Program-made: the position numbers and the translations under genes
The notes under the pieces: model-generated
What the model was told of the DNA's origin: nothing
Seen by the model: only the letters and a program-made list of their open reading frames with translations
Databases searched by the model: none
Source of the DNA: Planctomycetota bacterium
GTDB lineage: Bacteria > Planctomycetota > UBA1135 > UBA2386
Assembly: GCA_947501605.1 (NCBI GenBank)
Contig: CANMWZ010000003.1
Span: forward strand, 96,001 to 160,000
DNA length: 64,000 bases
Reading direction: 5' to 3'
Shown here: one piece after another, positions 37,843 through 47,456 of the stretch
Layout: each line of letters starts with the position of its first letter
Numbering within the stretch: the stretch's first letter is position 1

Positions 37843-38940
37843 ATGCCAGCCCGACGGATCGAGCTTTCCCGATCGCGCAGCCAGGAGGTGATCGCCAACA
37901 CCGCCGAGTCGCTGCGCCGGGGCCAGCTCGTGGCGCTCCCTACCGAGACCGTGTACGGCCTCGCGATGCGACCTGGCGACGCCAACGCGGTCGCGAAGGC
38001 GCAGGCGCTGCTTGGCTCCAACCGAGGCCGACCGTTTGCGACCTACCTGGCCGACGCATCGGCGGCTGAGGCCCTCGCCGACGTCAGCGACCCGCGGGTA
38101 GGCCGGCTCTGTGCTCGCTACTGGCCCGGACCCCTCGCGCTTTGGTTGCCAAGCAGGTCCGGCGGCACGATCGAACTTTGCGTGCCGGCGCACGACTTCA
38201 CCCGCGCGGTCATCCGGGCGGTCGGCGAGCCAGTGTGGTTTGCGCCGCTGAAGGTCGGCAATGAAGCGCCGCTGTGCGACCCTGCGACCATCGAAGCCCG
38301 CTTCGGTGCGCAACTCGACCTCCTGCTCGACGCCGGGCCGACGCCGCTCGGAAACACCGCGACCGTGGTGCGCTGCACCGGCGCGGAACTCGAAGTGCTC
38401 CACGAGGGGATCTTGTCGCGGGCCGAGATTCTGGCCACGGCCGCGAGCACCGTGCTGTTCGTGTGCACCGGCAACACCTGTCGCTCGCCCCTGGCAGAAG
38501 TACTGGCGCGCGAGGTGGTCGCCAACGCGCTCAACCTCTCGGTCGGGCGGGTCGCAGCGCGCGGATTGCGCTTCCAAAGTGCCGGCACGGGCACGATGAA
38601 CGGTGTCCCCGCCAGCGAGGGCAGTATGGCGGCGGCGGCCGAAGTCGGTCTCGACCTGACTTCGCACAGCAGCACACAACTGCAGAAGGATCTGGCCCTG
38701 AAGGCGACGCGCATTCACTGCTTGTCGAACTCGCATCTGCTCACACTGCTCGACCTCGTCCCCGAGGTCGAGGACCGCGTCTCCTTGCTGCGACCTGACA
38801 ACGAAGACATCGCCGACCCCTACGGCGGCAATCTGAAGACCTACCGCCAAGCCCGCGACCAGATCGCGGCAGCGGTCACTTCGCGCCTGCCCGAGTGGCT
38901 CGCGCTGTTGCCGAGGATTGCTCAAGAGCCGTCGCGCTAG
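37843..38940 (+). CDS. Sua5/YrdC-like domain fused to low-molecular-weight phosphatase (YwlE-like)
   Basis: PTETVYGL and YWPGPL (YrdC); FVCTGNTCRSPLAE, SAG and DIADPYGG (LMW-PTP). Confidence 0.88.
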   Translation: MPARRIELSRSRSQEVIANTAESLRRGQLVALPTETVYGLAMRPGDANAVAKAQALLGSNRGRPFATYLADASAAEALADVSDPRVGRLCARYWPGPLALWLPSRSGGTIELCVPAHDFTRAVIRAVGEPVWFAPLKVGNEAPLCDPATIEARFGAQLDLLLDAGPTPLGNTATVVRCTGAELEVLHEGILSRAEILATAASTVLFVCTGNTCRSPLAEVLAREVVANALNLSVGRVAARGLRFQSAGTGTMNGVPASEGSMAAAAEVGLDLTSHSSTQLQKDLALKATRIHCLSNSHLLTLLDLVPEVEDRVSLLRPDNEDIADPYGGNLKTYRQARDQIAAAVTSRLPEWLALLPRIAQEPSR

Positions 38941-39018
38941 CGCCGGGGGCTCGGCAGTGGCCGGGTGCGAAGCCGCCGCGCGCCCAGTTGCCGCGCGCGC
39001 GCCCATCGGGGCAGTCAC

Positions 39019-40068
39019 TCACCAGCGCAGCAGCAGGAGTTCGCTGCAGAAGCCTGGCCCCATCGCCAGCATGATCCCTGGACTGCCAGCCGGCGGCCGC
39101 TTGCGCGCCATCGTGTCCTCGAGAATCAGCAGCACGGAAGCACTCGACAAGTTGCCGACGCGAGCCAGGTTTTCCCAGCTGCACGAAAGCTCTTCGTCGG
39201 CAAGCCCAAGACCGTCCTGCAGCGCCTGCAGCACCTTGGGGCCACCCGGGTGACAAACCCAGCTTCTCACGTCGGCGCGCTTCAAGCCGCGGCTCGACAA
39301 GAAGGCGTCGACGTCGCCCGGCACCCGTTCTTGCGCGACGACCGGAACCTGCGGCGACAGCACGATGCGAAACCCGTGCGCGCCGATGTTCCAACCCATC
39401 ACATCCTCGGTATCGGGATAGAACACCGAGCGGGTCGCTTCGATCGTGGGCCCATTCGCTTCGCAGTCCTTACCGACGACGATGGCCGCGGAAGCGCCGT
39501 CGCCAAAGAGGCCACTGCTGATCAGGTTGGCAACCGAGGTATCGTCGCGCTGCAACGTCAAGGAGCAGAGCTCGACCGTGAGCACGACGGCCTTGCCGCT
39601 TGGCTCCCCGCGCACGAAGTCTGCTGCACGCGACACGGCAGCGGCACCTGCAGCGCAACCGAGGCCAAACATGGGGACGCGACGAACATCCGATCGCATT
39701 CCCATCCTGTTCATCAGCCGGGCCTCGAGCGACGGGCTCGCGAGCCCGGTCACCGTCGAGAAGAAAAACGCGTCGACGTCCTGCGGCCGCAAACTGGCGC
39801 GATCCAAGGCGGCCCGCACCGCCCGTTCCCCGAGATCCAAGGCGCAGCGGAGCCACGCGGCGTTGAAATCGGTGAAGTTCTTCAAGGCCCCATACTGCTC
39901 GATCGGCAGCGACAGATGCCGACCGCGCACGCGCGTGTTCTCGAACAGCTGCGGCAGGCGACGCGCAGCAGGCGCATCGGCGGCAAACACACCTTGCAGG
40001 TAGCGAGCGAGCGTCGCTTGGTCGTAGTAGTGTTGCGGCAGCGCGCTGCCAACGGCGGCGATTTTCAT
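39019..40068 (-). CDS. Type III polyketide synthase (chalcone-synthase-like)
   Basis: Catalytic Cys (GLGCAAG), His (CHPGG), Asn (GNLSS); VELCSL, LFGDG, MGPGF. Confidence 0.93.
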   Translation of the reverse strand: MKIAAVGSALPQHYYDQATLARYLQGVFAADAPAARRLPQLFENTRVRGRHLSLPIEQYGALKNFTDFNAAWLRCALDLGERAVRAALDRASLRPQDVDAFFFSTVTGLASPSLEARLMNRMGMRSDVRRVPMFGLGCAAGAAAVSRAADFVRGEPSGKAVVLTVELCSLTLQRDDTSVANLISSGLFGDGASAAIVVGKDCEANGPTIEATRSVFYPDTEDVMGWNIGAHGFRIVLSPQVPVVAQERVPGDVDAFLSSRGLKRADVRSWVCHPGGPKVLQALQDGLGLADEELSCSWENLARVGNLSSASVLLILEDTMARKRPPAGSPGIMLAMGPGFCSELLLLRW

Positions 40069-40802
40069 CAACGAAACCTTGGGATCATGTACGGGACAGA
40101 GCGACGGTAAGCCGCGAAACGCTCGCCATAGAGTGCCAACCAGCGACGTTCCTTGAAGCGCGGACCGACAGCACAGTAGCTGGACCAAGCCACCGTGAGC
40201 AGCAGCCAATCGAGGCTCCAGCACGGCGCGGTCCAAAGCACCAACGCAAAGCCTAGATAGATAGGCTGCCGACAGCGGGCGAACAGCCCCAGGGTCGGCA
40301 TGCCGCCATAGCGGACCTCGCGGCCCGACCAAACAGCCGTCCAGCCAGCAGCACCGGTCTGGAGCGATAGGCCCGCGTCGTAGAGCGCCTTCACCAGGAA
40401 CAACCACGCGCCCACAAACAGCGTGACGTGCATCGCGAACAACGCACCTTCTGCTCGGGGCCAGACCACACCGCTCGGAGTCCACAGCCAGAACGCCACC
40501 AACAACTGCAGGGAGGCCAAGGTCGCGTAGGTCGTCGTCGCAAAGCGTCCAGCACACCAGGGCGCGAGAGCACGCAACGCCGCACGGCCAGAACGACTGA
40601 GCATCCACGAGTGGAGCAGCGGAAACTGCATGATCAGCAGCACATCAACGACAACCGCGGTGGTGCCGCCAAAGGGACCACTCCAAAGCTGCAGCCCGGC
40701 CGACAACGAGAACGCCATCGAGCTGACGGCAGCCAAGAACATGCCGTGGCAAAGCAGCCCGAGGGTAAGGGCGAGCGCTCGTTCGCGAGTGCGCTGGCTC
40801 AT
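40068..40802 (-). CDS. Membrane methyltransferase, ICMT/MddA/nurim-like
   Basis: Multi-TM; QFPLLHS, TYATLASLQL, RQPIYLGF, KERRW..YGERFAAYRRSVP. TGATG-coupled to the PKS. Confidence 0.75.
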   Translation of the reverse strand: MSQRTRERALALTLGLLCHGMFLAAVSSMAFSLSAGLQLWSGPFGGTTAVVVDVLLIMQFPLLHSWMLSRSGRAALRALAPWCAGRFATTTYATLASLQLLVAFWLWTPSGVVWPRAEGALFAMHVTLFVGAWLFLVKALYDAGLSLQTGAAGWTAVWSGREVRYGGMPTLGLFARCRQPIYLGFALVLWTAPCWSLDWLLLTVAWSSYCAVGPRFKERRWLALYGERFAAYRRSVPYMIPRFR

Positions 40803-41524
40803 GCGTGTTCCTTCTGGAATCCCATGCAGTAGCCCACAGCAGTGCTGCGGCTCCGGCGCAGGGCGACAACACCCGATCGCAACGAGGCCCACAGCCGTGG
40901 GCTCTCACCGCCTTCATGCGTCTTGTGCAGCGCTGCGGCGCGGGCTGCGGCCATCAGCTCGGCGGGCGTGACGAACTGATCCGCGCAGTGGGTCCCGCGC
41001 GGAATCAGGCCGAGACCTTCGGCACCCCACACCGCGAGCACGCGTGCTCGCCATGTGCGATTGATCGTGTTGACGAACATCGCGCCGCCTGGGCGCAACA
41101 CGGCCGCCGCCATCGCCACGACCGCTGTGGGATCGTCGACGTGCTCGAGGACATCGTTGAGCAAGACCAGATCCGCCCAGCCATCCACGACGGGGCTCGC
41201 GTTCAAGTCACCGCAGACGAAGTGCACGCCGGCAATGCCCAGCGTTGCACCCTCGCGCACCGCCGGCAAGCAGCGATCCACCGCGATCACGCGCGCACCC
41301 TGCTGGGCGATCGGGACGGCCATGAGGCCACCACCACAACCAAAGTCGACAACGTTGCGGGGACCGCTGGCGCCAAACCAGTCGCACTGCCAGGCCCGCA
41401 GATACTCGAGCCGCACCGCGTTCACGGCGCGCAACGACGCATAGGTGCGGTTGTCCTCGGACCACCACCCGGGTGCCGCGAACACGTCCGTCGCCTGGGG
41501 CTGTTGCACTTGATTCCTGTTCAC
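40799..41524 (-). CDS. UbiG-like SAM-dependent O-methyltransferase
   Basis: WW...LRAVNAVRL, VDFGCGGG, VLEHV, NTINRT..GAE.LGLIPRGTH..FVTP.EL. Confidence 0.85.
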   Translation of the reverse strand: MNRNQVQQPQATDVFAAPGWWSEDNRTYASLRAVNAVRLEYLRAWQCDWFGASGPRNVVDFGCGGGLMAVPIAQQGARVIAVDRCLPAVREGATLGIAGVHFVCGDLNASPVVDGWADLVLLNDVLEHVDDPTAVVAMAAAVLRPGGAMFVNTINRTWRARVLAVWGAEGLGLIPRGTHCADQFVTPAELMAAARAAALHKTHEGGESPRLWASLRSGVVALRRSRSTAVGYCMGFQKEHA

Positions 41525-41949
41525 TCGAACACAACGCGCCGCAGAACCAAGGTGCCGCCGGGCACGGCGATGCGCAGCAGCTCTGGTGCAACCTCGGCCG
41601 ACAGCGCCTCGCTGCCGTCGAGATGCAGACCGTCTGGCGCGAGAGTCCACGTGCCCGACAAGGTCTGGAAGGCAACCCCATCGTCTTGCTCCACCAGAGC
41701 CGCACCGGAGTAGCGACCACTCGCTTGAAACCAGTAGTAGACCTTGCGCAACGACAGCGCCGCTTCGCCGCGCACTTCGATCGACTCGAACAGCCCGTGG
41801 AAGTCCGCCGCGGCGGCCGCGGTCCATACCGTTGTCGCAAGGGCGTCCTTTGCCACCACGGCGCGGTCCGCCGTCGCCACGACGTTCGAGCCGATGCAGC
41901 AGGGCAACAGCAGGAGTGCCGCCAGCACCGCGGTTGAACTAGCGCGCAC
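41521..41949 (-). CDS. Small putative lipoprotein (beta-rich, possibly lipocalin-like)
   Basis: Hydrophobic leader ending LLPCC; YWF..SGRY, SGTWTL beta-strand pattern. Overlaps both neighbours. Confidence 0.6.
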   Translation of the reverse strand: MRASSTAVLAALLLLPCCIGSNVVATADRAVVAKDALATTVWTAAAAADFHGLFESIEVRGEAALSLRKVYYWFQASGRYSGAALVEQDDGVAFQTLSGTWTLAPDGLHLDGSEALSAEVAPELLRIAVPGGTLVLRRVVFE

Positions 41950-43108
41950 GGGCAGCTCCAGTCGAAACCCGAGCACGCAGCGCCACCCAAACCAGGACAT
42001 CGGGCTCCATGCTGATCAACCCGAGCTGGCTCGGCACCGGCACGGCAAAGTCCGGCAGGTGCAACGTCGTCTGTCCCTCGACCGAAACGCGGCGGCTCGA
42101 GTCCACGGAGAGCTTCACTCGCAGGCTCACGGCCTTCTTCTGGCCGCGAATCTCGAACGTGCCGTTCACGCTGCCGGAGACAGTCTCCTTGGCTGCGTCA
42201 ATCCCGCCGACGTCGGGTGTGAACGACTCGATGGTGTAACGGACCTCGGCGTGATGCTCGGTGTCGAGGTGTTCCCGCATTGCCGTGTCGCGGCCCTCGA
42301 CGCCGGTCGCCAGCGTCGTCGCTTCGCAAGCGATCCATCCGGTCCAGGCGCCCGCTTGGTCGGCGAGGTTGGCGGCAAACGAGCCAGTGATCTTCGACGT
42401 CACGCCACTGAAGTCATGCAGCGTGCTCTTGGCGTCGAAGCCGACCCGACTCAGCTCCGGTAGGATCTCGAACTGCTGCACCTGGTCGAAATGGAAGGCA
42501 CGACTCGGCAGCTGAAAACCAAGGAACGCCTTCGGCTTCTGTGTCGACGGGACCACAGGATCGGATCGGGATTCCGGCACCGGCGCAGCCGGCGACGGCT
42601 CCGATTCCACCGCAGGCAGCGTGACGGCGGCAACCGCAGACGGCACGGGAGAAGACTCCATGTGTTCGCTGGGAGCGCGCGATTCGAGCGACGCCAATTG
42701 GCGCTCGAGTCCCTGCAGGCGGCCCGACTGCGCGCCGAGCGCTCGCTCCAAGCTCGCGATGGCGAGCAGGACGGCTTTCGACTCCGAGGTGCTGCGCTCC
42801 TCTTGCTGGCCCATCGCCGTCCCGAACTCCCCCAACTGCTGCCCCAACGCTTTGGTCAGAGCCTGCAAGTCCGTCTGCATGCTGCGAAGGTCATCGCGAA
42901 CGATCGCCAGGCCATCGTCCTTCGGCGCATCGTCGTGGAACTCGATGCGGATCCGGTCTTTCACCAAGAGGCTGGCACCGATGCCGGCAACGCCGACTGC
43001 GAGCACCGCGACCACACCCACCACGCTGAAAATCGACACTGCCATCGACAGAGTCTCGGCAAGGGTCGTGCCGCGGACAAGTCGCCGAGGTCGTAGACCT
43101 GGCATCAT
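41939..43108 (-). CDS. Membrane-anchored YceI-family (lipid/polyisoprenoid-binding) protein with coiled coil
   Basis: N-terminal TM, coiled coil, Pro linker, then SRVGFDA..LHDFSG, TGVEGRDTAMR, GTFEIRG. Start could be 43045. Confidence 0.75.
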   Translation of the reverse strand: MMPGLRPRRLVRGTTLAETLSMAVSIFSVVGVVAVLAVGVAGIGASLLVKDRIRIEFHDDAPKDDGLAIVRDDLRSMQTDLQALTKALGQQLGEFGTAMGQQEERSTSESKAVLLAIASLERALGAQSGRLQGLERQLASLESRAPSEHMESSPVPSAVAAVTLPAVESEPSPAAPVPESRSDPVVPSTQKPKAFLGFQLPSRAFHFDQVQQFEILPELSRVGFDAKSTLHDFSGVTSKITGSFAANLADQAGAWTGWIACEATTLATGVEGRDTAMREHLDTEHHAEVRYTIESFTPDVGGIDAAKETVSGSVNGTFEIRGQKKAVSLRVKLSVDSSRRVSVEGQTTLHLPDFAVPVPSQLGLISMEPDVLVWVALRARVSTGAARAR

Positions 43109-43495
43109 GGTGTGGTTCTGAGCGGCGACCGGCACCATCGTGCCGCTCGAGCCAACCGGGGACGCTCCGGGTTCCCTGGTAATCGCTTCACAGATCGCGC
43201 ACTTCTTGCATTGGCCCACGGATCGTCCGTCGCCTCCGGGCGCGCAACCCTCGGCTAGGGCCGCGACGGCACATCGTCGGCGGCGACGTGGCAGCTTGAA
43301 GCGCCAGTGGCTGCGGCCAGCCCCGACGGCCGATGGCGGCGTTGTGAGCGCTCCGCGGGATCTGCGGATTCCGCTACGAGTCGGCTCCGTGCCTTCGAAC
43401 TGCGCTGCTCGGCCGCTCTCGCGGGCCAATGGGGAAGCCCCTTCTAGGCTCGGCCGAGCGGAGCCTCGCAGAAAACTGAGACCGGCAAGCGGAAT

Positions 43496-43511
43496 TGGCA
43501 CGGCGCGTGCG
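43496..43511 (+). promoter_or_regulatory. Sigma-54 (-24/-12) promoter candidate
   Basis: TGGCACGGCGCGTGCG, i.e. GG-N10-GC with TGGCACG, about 17 nt before the MMPL start. Confidence 0.65.
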
Positions 43512-43527
43512 CACGATTGGGTTGCCG

Positions 43528-45462
43528 ATGCCGATGAGCCCCCACCCAACTGCGACCCGCTGGCGCTGGCTGCTGCTGGTGCCAATCATGGCGTGGCTCC
43601 AGTCCGTCGCACACCAGCTGCCGATCGACCGCCACAACACGGCAATGAAGGCCCCGTCGAGCAAAGAGGCTGCCGCGACGGCGCAGTTGCACGGGACCTT
43701 TGGCAGCCAGGACCACTTGGCGTTGGCCTTCCTGACGAGGTCGCGCCAACCCGTAGCGCCGGTCGAGCGCCAAGCGCTGAATCAGCTGGCCTTGCGCCTT
43801 CGGTCCGAAGCGGACGTCGTGAGCGTCGCCAAGTTGATGGAACCGCGGCTTGACCTCGCCCTCCTCCAGTTGCACATCGAACCCGAGGCCGATGTCGAGT
43901 CGCTGCTTCAGGTCGCAAAGATGCTAGGGCCCGTGACGATGCGAATGCTGCCCGCCGGCATCGCGGTGGCCGAGGCCGCCATCGCCCGCGGCGTCGCGGC
44001 CGACCGCGAACGACTGGTGCCCGCGATCGTCGTCACGCTGTTTGCGGTCCTTCTCCTGGTCTATCGCAGCTTCGCCCACGCAGCAGGGGCGTTGCTGCCG
44101 GCACTGCTCGCGATCCTGCTGCTCGGAGCCGGTCGCTACGCGCTCGGTCAGAAACTCGACCCGATTGCCGTCTTGCTCGACCCGGTGTTGCTGACGATCG
44201 GCATCGCCTCGGCGGTTCACGTTCTCGCCGCCTTCCGCACGCTGCGCCGCGAAGGCCTCTCCCCGCAGGAGGCAGCCGCTCGCGCCGGCCGCGAGTTGCT
44301 GTGGCCAGCAACCTTGGCTACGGGCACGACGATGCTCGGCTTCTGGTCCCTCGCGTTCCATCCGATCCCGGCGGTTGCGAACTTCGGCGCCCTCGCGGCG
44401 ATCGGAACGGGCATCGTGCATGTCCTCGCCTTGACCCTGCTCCCGCGTTGGCTCAGCGAGTTCCCGGCACGGGTAGCAGCGCTGCCGCTTGGCGCCAGCG
44501 GCGCCAGCGCCTACGCGCACTGGCTCCGACGACAACGCAAGCCGATCGTGTTCGGGGCTGCGGCCCTCGCACTGATCGCAATCAACGCTCTACGCAGTGT
44601 CCGCGTCGACAACGACCCGATGGCAGTCCTCCCGCCGCATGCCACGTGCCGAAGCGATCTCGCCGAGATCGCTGACCACCTCGGCGGCGCGGAACAGTTC
44701 GATCTCCTGGTCGAGAATGCCGCGACGCACCTGGGCCCCGAGCAACTGCTCCCCTTCGTCGCCGCCGTCGCCTCGACCACACCCGCCGCCGGCCCGGCTG
44801 GCCCGCCGCGCGCCGCCCTCAACGGAACGGTCATGGTGCCGCTGCTACTCGCTCCGTCTGGGAGTGAGGCCCGCACCGCGCTGTTTCGTTCCACTGAGGA
44901 GCGCGCCCGCGCCCTCGACCTTCGCGGCGTGCAGATCGCCGGCAGTGCCGTACAGATCGCGCGCGACTCCGAACGCCTCGTCTACGGCCAGCTATTCGGC
45001 ATGGCGCTGGCACTGGTGATGCTGAGCCTCACCTTGTGGGGCGCGCTGCGCTCGTTTCGCATGGCCATGCTCGGGATGATCCCGAACGTGCTCCCGTGCT
45101 TGCTGCTCTACGGCACGCTCGCGATGTTCGACCGGCCGCTTGGCGTTGCCAACGCGATGATCGGCAGCGTGATGCTCGGTCTCATCGTCGACAACACGAT
45201 TCACTTCCTGCACCACTTCCGCCACGGCAGTGGCAATGGCGTGGCTCGCGTCCAGCACGCCATCGAGCGCATCGCCTCGCCGATGATTGGCTCCAGCATC
45301 GTGCTGGTGATCGGCTTCGGCGCGGGCCTGTTGGGCGGCATGGAATCGACGCACGAGTTTGCCATTCTGGCGGCGGCCACCATCGGACTCGCCCTCGTTG
45401 GCGATGGCGTGCTCTTGCCGGCGCTGCTGCTGTCGACCACCCGCCACGGGGAAGGGGCATGA
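43528..45462 (+). CDS. MMPL/RND family transporter
   Basis: Two TM-rich repeats (TIGIASAVH; MLGLIVDNTIHFL), each preceded by an extracytoplasmic loop. Start 43528 or 43534. Confidence 0.85.
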   Translation: MPMSPHPTATRWRWLLLVPIMAWLQSVAHQLPIDRHNTAMKAPSSKEAAATAQLHGTFGSQDHLALAFLTRSRQPVAPVERQALNQLALRLRSEADVVSVAKLMEPRLDLALLQLHIEPEADVESLLQVAKMLGPVTMRMLPAGIAVAEAAIARGVAADRERLVPAIVVTLFAVLLLVYRSFAHAAGALLPALLAILLLGAGRYALGQKLDPIAVLLDPVLLTIGIASAVHVLAAFRTLRREGLSPQEAAARAGRELLWPATLATGTTMLGFWSLAFHPIPAVANFGALAAIGTGIVHVLALTLLPRWLSEFPARVAALPLGASGASAYAHWLRRQRKPIVFGAAALALIAINALRSVRVDNDPMAVLPPHATCRSDLAEIADHLGGAEQFDLLVENAATHLGPEQLLPFVAAVASTTPAAGPAGPPRAALNGTVMVPLLLAPSGSEARTALFRSTEERARALDLRGVQIAGSAVQIARDSERLVYGQLFGMALALVMLSLTLWGALRSFRMAMLGMIPNVLPCLLLYGTLAMFDRPLGVANAMIGSVMLGLIVDNTIHFLHHFRHGSGNGVARVQHAIERIASPMIGSSIVLVIGFGAGLLGGMESTHEFAILAAATIGLALVGDGVLLPALLLSTTRHGEGA

Positions 45463-46688
45463 CCAAGATCCATGACGTGCTCATTCTCGGCGCTGGCCCG
45501 GCTGGGACGGCCCTGGCTTCGCACCTAGCCCGAAGCGGCTTCGACGTAGCGCTGGCCGACAAGAAGTCCTTCCCGCGAGCGAAGCCATGCGGTGAGTTTC
45601 TCAGTCCGGAATGCCGCCCGTACCTGCAAGAACTCGGCGTCGAAAATGCCCTGCTGCAACAAGGCACGCGCAGGATTCACGGCATGCACTTGTGCAGCGG
45701 TGAATGGCGCGCCCGTGGTCGGTTCCGATCACTAACCTCCGCGCCGTACAACGACGCAGGCTATGCCATTCGCCGCGAGATCCTCGACACCGAGCTCCTG
45801 CGAGCCGCTCGGGCCCGCCCAGAGGTAACTTGGCTCGAACGCCACGAGTTCCGCACCTTGTTGCGCGACGCCAATGGCGCAGTCAGCGGTGCAGTGCTTC
45901 GCGACCAGACGGGTGCCGAGCGCGCGGTTCGGGCGCAGACGACGATCGGCGCCGACGGTGTCCACTCGCGGGTCGCACGCCAACTCGGCGTCCAGCGGCA
46001 AATCCGGTGGCTGGATCGGCTCGCTCTGGTCGCGCACTTCGACGGCGTCGTACCGGCGGCCGAGGCCGAAGTGCACTTCCTCGACAACGCGTACTTCGCC
46101 GCGACTACCGTCGATGACGGCTCGTTCCACCTCAACCTCTTGATCGATCGAAACGCGCTGGCCGATCGCGACGGCGACCTCGACGCCTTCGTGCAGGAGC
46201 ACATCGCGGCGGCGCCGATGTTGGCGCGACGCATGAGTAATGCCAAGCGACGTGGCCAGTGGAAGGGCATCGGTCCGCTCGCGTTCCGTACGACGAAGCA
46301 GACCTTTGCCGGCGGCGCACTGGTGGGCGATGCCTGTGGCTACATCGATCCCCTGACCGGCGAGGGCATCTACTTCTCACTGCACGGGGCACGATCCCTG
46401 GCGAACGCTCTTGCCGTGGCCCGGCACGAGCCGCACCGAGCCGCCGCGGCAATGCGCGGCTACGAGCAGGAACGTCGCAGAGAGATCGCTCCGCGACTGC
46501 GGCTGGCAGCGCTGCTGCAGCGCGGAATCCGCCATCCCTTCCTGGTGCGCAGTTGCCTGTCCGCACTGGCAGCCTGGCCTCGACTCTGCGACTTGCTGGT
46601 GAACCTGACCGGCGATGCCGTGCACCCGCGCGACTTGCTCCAACCAGCCTTTTGGCGGCAGTGGCGCGAGGCGGCGCCGAGCTCATGA
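45459..46688 (+). CDS. FAD-dependent oxidoreductase (geranylgeranyl reductase/flavin monooxygenase-like)
   Basis: GAGPAG, FPRAKPCGE, RREILD, GADG, VGDA..IDPLTGEGI. ATGA-coupled. Confidence 0.87.
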   Translation: MTKIHDVLILGAGPAGTALASHLARSGFDVALADKKSFPRAKPCGEFLSPECRPYLQELGVENALLQQGTRRIHGMHLCSGEWRARGRFRSLTSAPYNDAGYAIRREILDTELLRAARARPEVTWLERHEFRTLLRDANGAVSGAVLRDQTGAERAVRAQTTIGADGVHSRVARQLGVQRQIRWLDRLALVAHFDGVVPAAEAEVHFLDNAYFAATTVDDGSFHLNLLIDRNALADRDGDLDAFVQEHIAAAPMLARRMSNAKRRGQWKGIGPLAFRTTKQTFAGGALVGDACGYIDPLTGEGIYFSLHGARSLANALAVARHEPHRAAAAMRGYEQERRREIAPRLRLAALLQRGIRHPFLVRSCLSALAAWPRLCDLLVNLTGDAVHPRDLLQPAFWRQWREAAPSS

Positions 46689-47383
46689 GTTGGCGCACGG
46701 GAGTCGCGATCTTTGGACCGCTTGGCGCTGCGGCGCTGGTGTTTCTGCTGCAGCCAAAGCTGGCGCGGACGCCGTCGCCGGTCAGTGCCCGCGGGACGTC
46801 GACGTTGGAACTGCCGATGCCCGTTCGCCGTGGGGCGGTCGAGGCTGGCACCTACGACATCGTGCCGACGCGCGGTCGCTTCGTGCTGTCGGCGCATAGC
46901 CGATCCTTCGCAGTGCGGGCCCGGAGCGACCAGGTGACGGGTTGGCTGCGGCAGGGCGAGAGCGCCCCGGACACCTTGGAGGTCGACGTCGATCTACGCA
47001 CGCTGGACGTGCTGGAGCCCGAGTCTTCGCCTTTGGCCGGCGGTGAGAAGACCGTCGCGGACGACCATCTGCGCCGCCTGCTGGGGCTATCCACATACAA
47101 CCGGTTGCGCTTTGCCGGCCGCGCCCTCATGGCGACCGCCGTCGCCGAGTTGCCGCTTCATCGCGTCGACTGGAGTGGGAGGATCTCTCTGGGTGCCCCC
47201 GGACAGAGCTTCTCCATGCAGCTCTGGCATGTGGCCCTTGGCAACGGACGCATCCATGTGCAGGGCACTGCCACCGTCGCCGGCGACACCCTCGACCTTC
47301 CGAATCTGTACTACCTCGGGCTGCTGCCGGATCCGGTCGCTGTGACCCTTGGGTTCGATCTGGAGTTCGCCGCGAGACCTTGA
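46685..47383 (+). CDS. Membrane-anchored protein, probable divergent YceI-like beta-barrel
   Basis: N-terminal TM; GTYDI, VTGWL, LEVDVDLRTL, DDHLR..L, LRF pattern. ATGA-coupled. Confidence 0.55.
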   Translation: MSWRTGVAIFGPLGAAALVFLLQPKLARTPSPVSARGTSTLELPMPVRRGAVEAGTYDIVPTRGRFVLSAHSRSFAVRARSDQVTGWLRQGESAPDTLEVDVDLRTLDVLEPESSPLAGGEKTVADDHLRRLLGLSTYNRLRFAGRALMATAVAELPLHRVDWSGRISLGAPGQSFSMQLWHVALGNGRIHVQGTATVAGDTLDLPNLYYLGLLPDPVAVTLGFDLEFAARP

Positions 47384-47456
47384 TCCGAGCCCTCTGCATC
47401 CATTGCGCCTCGATTTCCGCCGGACGAGCGTCCGATGGAAGCTGGCAGCCCCGACC

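Noticed and set aside
39019..40608. Apparent long N-terminal extensions or fusions in the ORF track (PKS, UbiG, FAD enzyme, NtrC, moaC, Sua5)
   Set aside because: The extensions overlap neighbouring real genes; internal starts with stop/start overlaps or -10 boxes fit better.
40799..41524. ubiG of ubiquinone biosynthesis
   Set aside because: Embedded in a PKS operon with no other ubi genes, so the gene symbol is withheld.
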